A stretch of DNA of 56,378 nucleotides, from positions 2,310,458-2,366,835 of the forward strand of contig NC_057718.1 of NCBI RefSeq assembly GCF_004010195.1, read 5' to 3'. Shown piece after piece: positions 51,201 to 56,378 of the stretch (position 1 is the stretch's first letter; each line of letters starts with the position of its first letter). The notes beneath the pieces are model-generated. The model was not told where the DNA came from, made no database searches, and saw only the letters and a list, made by a program, of their open reading frames with translations. The position numbers and the translations under genes were made by a program. Origin of the DNA: Chiloscyllium plagiosum. Taxonomy: Eukaryota.

Positions 51201-54200
51201 GTTCCCTTTGCTGAGACCATCTGGAACTGAACCTATTCCTAAAATTAGAGACAGGTCATTCTGGAGCGATGTCACATTGAAGTGCCCACTTCTAGGTTGA
51301 GGTGCTAAGATTTATTTATTTATTTTTGGATAAAGAGATCAAGAGAAATGGAAGATATCCAACATGATCTCATTGAATGGTGGAACAGACTCGATGGGCT
51401 GAATAGCTTCCTCTAGTTCCGGTGTAACAGACTCAAGGAGGGGGCTGAATGGTCTCCTGCTGTTCCTGTTTAACATACCAGAGGGGCAGAATGGCACCCT
51501 GCTGCTCTATTCCTGATGAAGGGCTTTTGCCCGAAACATCGATTTTCCTGCTCCTCGGATGCTGCCTGACCTGCTGTGCTTTTCCAGCACCACTCTAATC
51601 CAGACTTTGGTTTCCAGCATTTGCAGTCCTTGTTTTTACCCTGCTGTTCTTGTTTAACATACCAGAGGGGCAGAATGGCCTCCTGCTGTTCTTGTTAAAC
51701 ATACCTGAGGGGTGGAATGGCCTCCTGCTGTTCCTGTGTAATAGACTCAAGGTGGAGATTGCATGGCCTCCTGCTGTTCCTGTGAAACAGACCTGAGGGG
51801 CTGAATGGCCTCCTGCTGTTCCTGTGTAACAGACTCAAGGAGGGGGCTGAATGGCCTTCTGCTGTTCTTGTTTAACATACCAGAGGGGCAGAATGGCCTC
51901 CTGCTGTTCTTGTTAAACATACCTGGAAGGGTGGAATGGCCTCCTGCTGTTCCTGTGTAACATACCTGAGGGGCTGAATGGCCTCCTGCTGTTCCTGTGT
52001 AATAGAGTCAAGGAGGAGATTGAATGGCCTCCTGCTGTTCCTGTGTAATAGAGTCAAGGAGGAGATTGAATGGCCTCCTGCTGTTCCTGTGTAACAGACT
52101 CAAAGAGGGGACTAAATGGCTTCCTGCTGTTCCTTCAATAGACTTGAGGGGCTAAATGGACCCCTGCTGTTCCTGTGAAACAGACCTGAGGGACTGAATG
52201 GCCTCCTGCTGTTCTTGTTTAACATACCAGAGGGGCAGAATCACCTCCTGCTGTTCTTGTTAAACATACCTGAAGGGTGGAATGGCCTCCTGCTGTTCCT
52301 GTGTAATAGACCTGAGGGGTTGAATGGCCTCCTGCTATTCCTGTGTAACATACCTGAGGGGCTGAATGGCCTCCTGCTATTCCTGTGTAACATACCTGAG
52401 GGGCTGAATAGCCTGCTGCTGTTCCAGTGAAACAGACTCAAAGAGGGGACTAAAATGGTTTCCTGCTGTTCCTTTATAATAGACTTGAGGGGCTGAATAG
52501 CCCCCTGCTGTTCCTGTGAAACAGACCTGAGGGACTGAATGGCCTCCTGCTGTTCCTGTGAAACAGACCTGAGGGGCTGAATGGCCTCCTGCGGTTCCTA
52601 TGTAACATACCTGAGGGGCTGAATGGCCTCCTGCTGTTCCTGTGAAACAGACCTGAGGGACTGAATGCCCTCCTGCTGTTCCTATGTAACAGACCTGAAG
52701 GACTGAATGGCCTTCTGCTGTTGCATGTAACAGACCTGAGGGGCTGAATGGCCTCCTGCTGTTGCATGTAACAGACCTGAGGGGCTGAATGGCCTCCTGC
52801 TGTTCCATGTAACATACCTGAGGGGCTGAATGGCCTCCTGCTGTTCCATGTAACAGACCTGAGGGGCTGAATGGCCTCCTGCTGTTCCATGTAACATACC
52901 TGAGGGGCTGAATGCCCTCCTGCTGTTCCTGTGAAACAGACCTGAGGGACTGAATGCCCTCCTGCTGTTCCTATGTAACAGACCTGAAGGACTGAATGGC
53001 CTCCTGCTGTTCCTGTGTAATAGACCTGAGGGACTGAATGGCCTCCTGCTGTTCCTGTGAAACAGACCTGAGGGGCTGAATGGCCTCCTGCTGTTCCATG
53101 TAACAGACCTGAGGGGCTGAATGGCCTCCTGCTGTTGCATGTAACAGACCTGAGGGGCTGAATGGCCTCCTGCTGTTCCATGTAACATACCTGAGGGGCT
53201 GAATGCCCTCCTGCTGTTCCATGTAACAGACCTGAGGGGCTGAATGGCCTCCTGCTGTTCCATGTAACAGACCTGAGGGGCTGAATGCCCTCCTGCTGTT
53301 CCATGTAACAGGCTGATTTGCTTTTCTTTCAGATCCCGTTGACCTGAACTGGTGCTTCATATCTGACATGGAGGTGAAGGAGCTGAACAAGAGAGCGTCG
53401 GGCCTGTCGTTCGAAGTCATCCTGAAACCACCGTCATTTGAGGGAGTCCCAGAATTCCACACTGCCTTGCCAAAGAAACGGGATCCTTCCCTTGAGGAGA
53501 TCCAGAAAAAACTTGAGGCTGCTGAAGAGAGACGGAAGGTACAGTCCATAGAAATCCCAGATCACCGAGGGGAGTTTCTCAGGGAATATCCGCACACCGA
53601 GGGGAGTCTCTCAGGGAATATCTGCACACCGAGGGGAGATTGTCATGAAATATCTGGACACCAAGGGGAATCTGTCAGGACATTGTAGGTGGTGGCATGG
53701 TGGCTCAGTGGTTAGCACTACTGCCTCACAGCACCAGGGTCCCAGGTTCGATTCCAGCCTCAGGTGACTGCCTGCGTGGAGTTTGCACATTCTCCCTGTG
53801 TCTGCGTGGGTTTCCTCCCACAGTCCAAAGATGTGCAGGTCAGCTGGATTGGCCATGCTAAATTTCCCCATAGTCAGTTAGTCAGATGGAAATGGGTCTG
53901 GGTGGGTTACTCGTCGGCGGGTCGGTGAGGACTGGTTGGGCCGAAGGGCCTGTTTCCACACTGTAGGGGAATCTAAACAAAAAAAAAATGGACTCTGGGT
54001 GAGTCTCTCAGGGAATATCTGGACAGCGAGGGGAGATTCTCAGGGAAAAGACGGACTCTGGGGGGAGTCTCTTAGGAGGATGTATGGACTCTGTTGTTCC
54101 GACGTTTTTTTTGACTGTAGTTTTTTTTGGTTTAGTGTCAGGAAGCGGAGTTACTGAAGCACCTGGCAGAAAAGAGGGAACACGAGCGAGATGTGATCCA

Positions 54201-54327
54201 GAAAGCTATCGAGGAGAACAACAACTTCATCAAGATGGCGAAGGAGAAACTGGAGCTGCGGAACGAGATCCAGAAGGAAAACCGTGAAGCCCACCTGGCG
54301 GCCATGCTGGATCGGCTGCAGGAGAAG
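48279..54327 (+). CDS. STMN4: Stathmin-4 (RB3), 3-prime partial; 4 coding exons, 169 codons in the window
   Basis: 13+96+206+192 nt in frame: [79 protein letters not shown] and KPPSF-GVPEF are STMN4-specific. Terminal exon not seen. Confidence 0.93.
49097..49730 (-). mobile_element. Penelope-like element 3-prime fragment (GIY-YIG) with inverted terminal copy and 14-bp TSD
   Basis: Minus strand [49 protein letters not shown] catgattctttggg at 49083-49096 and 49731-49744. Confidence 0.87.
49852..49947 (+). CDS. STMN4: STMN4 exon encoding the N-terminal membrane-targeting region (CSC palmitoylation motif)
   Basis: cacttccag|CG TAC AAA..TTT GAA G|gtgagt; [32 protein letters not shown]. Confidence 0.93.
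50339..50510. mobile_element. Foldback Penelope-derived mini-element with 15-bp TSD and consensus hammerhead core
   Basis: TSD aattgatgataattg at 50324-50338 and 50511-50525; CTGAAGA-A-GGGC-TTAT-GCCC-GAAA-CGTC at 50455-50482. Confidence 0.85.
51420..53311 (+). repeat. 41-bp tandem satellite (~40+ units) interrupted by a Penelope-type insertion at ~51509-51638
   Basis: Unit gaggggctgaatggcctcctgctgttccatgtaacagacct; produces the periodic minus-strand ORFs. Confidence 0.95.
53333..53538 (+). CDS. STMN4: STMN4 exon, start of the stathmin-like domain
   Basis: cttttctttcag|AT CCC..CGG AAG|gtacag; ..[17 protein letters not shown]. Confidence 0.95.
53545..54090 (+). repeat. Degenerate 32-bp minisatellite split by a V-SINE
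   Basis: Unit cagggaatatccgcacaccgaggggagtctct on both sides of the SINE. Confidence 0.7.
53689..53976 (+). mobile_element. HE1-like V-SINE
   Basis: tRNA head, V-domain with small deletion, tail. Confidence 0.88.
54136..54327 (+). CDS. STMN4: STMN4 exon, tubulin-binding helix (192 nt)
   Basis: ggtttag|TGT CAG GAA..GAG AAG|gtgaga; [43 protein letters not shown]. Confidence 0.95.
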
Positions 54328-54539
54328 GTGAGACGTTCCCGTCCCATCGACTGGACTGAGCCCAGGGGGAGGGATGGGTTCAACCGAATACATCTGAGGC
54401 CCGCCACCGACTGACTGAGCCCAGGGGGAGGGATGGGTTCAACCGAATACATCTGAGGCCCGCGGGGTTGGGAATGGCCTGGGGCCATGAGGGGAGTGTG
54501 TAGACTATTATGTAGGCTGTTACATCAGAAGGTTTCAGT

Positions 54540-55690
54540 GCAGTAGGCCATTCAGCCCCATTGATCCTGCTCTGCCATGGCTAATCTGATGACCCTCTAA
54601 CAAACAATAAACTGCAGATGTTGAAAGTCAGAAACAAAAACAGATGTTATTAGGAAAACTCAGCAGGTCTGGCAGCATCTGTGGTAAGAAAGCAGAACAT
54701 TTGGAGTCCTCAGAACTTCGCTGCATTTTTCTAGCAGTTTCTGCTAAGTCTCAATTCTACATTCCTGCTTTATCCCCAGACTTCAATTCCCTTTCTGATT
54801 AAAAATCCATCTTCCTCAGTCTTGAGTATACTTTCTCACCCAGCCATGACAGTCCTCTGTGGTAAAGAATTCCACAGACTCACAACCCTCTCTGAGAGAA
54901 GACATTCCTCCTCACCTCTGTCTTGAATATGTGAGCCCTTAGGCTGAGACTATGTTCTCTGGGCCTAGTCCCTCCCATAAGGGGTAACTATCTCTCTGCT
55001 TTGACCCTATCAAGTCCCCTCAAAATCTTGTGTGTGTCAATAAGGTCGCCTCTCATTTTTCTATATTCTAATGAGTACAGGCCTAATCAATGTAATTTGA
55101 CCTCACAAGACAGTCCCTCCATACCGAATATCAGCCCAGGGATCCTGCTCCAGACAGCATCCAATGCCATGACACCTTTCCTCAGATAAGGAACCAAAAC
55201 TCTTCCCAATATTCCAGTTGTGGTCAGACCAGTGCTATTTCTATTTCTTATTTTCTATTTCCTTTGAAATTTGCCTTCCCTATTACCCACGGAATTTTGC
55301 TTTTTGTGGTTCATGGACAAAGACTCCCAAATCTCTCTGTTCGGAAGCTTTCTGCAGTCTTTCAATAATATTCAGCTCCTCTGTCTTTCTGCCAAAGGGA
55401 ATGGCCTCACATTTCTTTAAGTTATATTCCATCTGCCAAGTTTTTGTCCACTCATTTCCTGTGTCAATATCCCGGTGCAAACTCTGCCTCATTACTTAGC
55501 TTCCCACCCTATTGTTGTGTTATTCACAAACTTGACGACAGTACATTCATCCAGGTCATTATTATATATTGTAAATAATTCTGGCCCCACAATGATTCCT
55601 GTGACACTCCAACAGCTGCAGGTTTCCATCCTGAAAATGCCCTCTTTATCCTCACTATTAGCCTTCTATTAGTTAGCCAATCCTCTGTCC
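54540..55690 (-). mobile_element. Decayed CR1 LINE 3-prime part
   Basis: Minus-strand EWTKTWQMEYNLKKCE, QRDLGVFVHE and tail. Confidence 0.8.
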
Positions 55691-55914
55691 ATACTATGTG
55701 GGACCATTACTGTGGGATGCGAGGGTTCTGCTGGGATGTGTAAACTCTGGATCATGTTGAATATTGAAGGTTATCACTGGTTAGTGAATGAGGATCTCAC
55801 ATTGGTATTGTTAAAAAGGCTACCAGAGAAAAATGGAGGAAAGTCCCGCAAAAGAAAACACCAGTTAGTGAAGAATTGAGAAAGACACTGGACAGCAGTA
55901 AAGGGCAGGTACTG

Positions 55915-56378
55915 GGTATCTAACCCTATGTGGTCCCCCTCCTGGGACTGTTTGATGGGGACAGTTTAGAGGGAGCTTTATTCTGTATCTAACGCCGTGC
56001 TGTCCCTGCCATGGGGAGTGTTTGATGGGGATAGTGTAGAGGGAGCTTTACTCTAAATCTAAGCCTGTGCTATCCCTGTCTTGGGACTGTTTAATGGGGA
56101 CAGTGTAGTGGGAGATTTACTCTGAATTGAACCTCGTGCTGTCCCTGTCCTGGGAGTGTTTGATGGGGAACACTACAGAGGGAGCTTTACTCAGTATCTA
56201 ACCCGTGCTGTCCGTTTCCTGGGAATGTTTAATGGGGAACAGAATAGAGGGAGCTTTACTCTGTATCTAACCCCATGCTGTCCCTGTCCTAGGAGTGTTT
56301 GATGGAGGGACAGTGTAGAGGAAGCTTTACTCTGTATGTAACCCCGTGCTGTCCCTGTCCTGGGAGTGTTTGATGGGG
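55915..56378 (-). repeat. 70-bp satellite, same family as 39057-40750 in opposite orientation; runs off the window
   Basis: ctttactctgtatctaaccccgtgctgtccctgtcctgggagtgtttgatgggg.. is the reverse complement of the unit. Confidence 0.93.

Noticed and set aside
49948..53332. Equivalent of the mammalian 27-aa alternative STMN4 exon
   Set aside because: No exon with recognisable similarity and suitable splice sites found by eye.
51872..53549. Long minus-strand ORFs (143-276 aa) with a 41-aa period
   Set aside because: Translation of the 41-bp satellite cycling through three frames, plus antisense of an STMN4 exon.

Overview
Eukaryotic, repeat-rich vertebrate DNA, most likely a shark (inferred from HE1/V-type tRNA SINEs, CR1 LINEs and a 70-bp satellite). 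There are two spliced + strand genes. (1) A complete 6-exon RING/B-box/coiled-coil/PRY-SPRY TRIM gene, join(3215..3628,8786..8881,12322..12555,13988..14010,15839..15954,18207..18754), 476 aa, probably TRIM35. (2) Stathmin-4 (STMN4/RB3), coding exons 48279..48291, 49852..49947, 53333..53538 and 54136..54327; its last coding exon was not found in the window. The TRIM35-then-STMN4 order matches human 8p21. Most of the rest is decayed CR1, L2-like, Rex1/Babar and Penelope-like retroelements, two SINE families, a TA-flanked MITE, microsatellites and two satellites (70-bp and 41-bp units). Best leads: four unrelated Penelope-type end sequences that each carry a minimal hammerhead ribozyme motif with covarying helices, many as 115-260 bp often foldback mini-elements with 11-16 bp target-site duplications; inverted 70-bp satellite arrays bracketing the STMN4 coding exons; a 41-bp satellite derived from a LINE 3-prime tail that abuts an STMN4 acceptor; and several template-switch scars. 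Most short ORFs in the track are repeat debris. Coordinates were read by eye and repeat boundaries are approximate.
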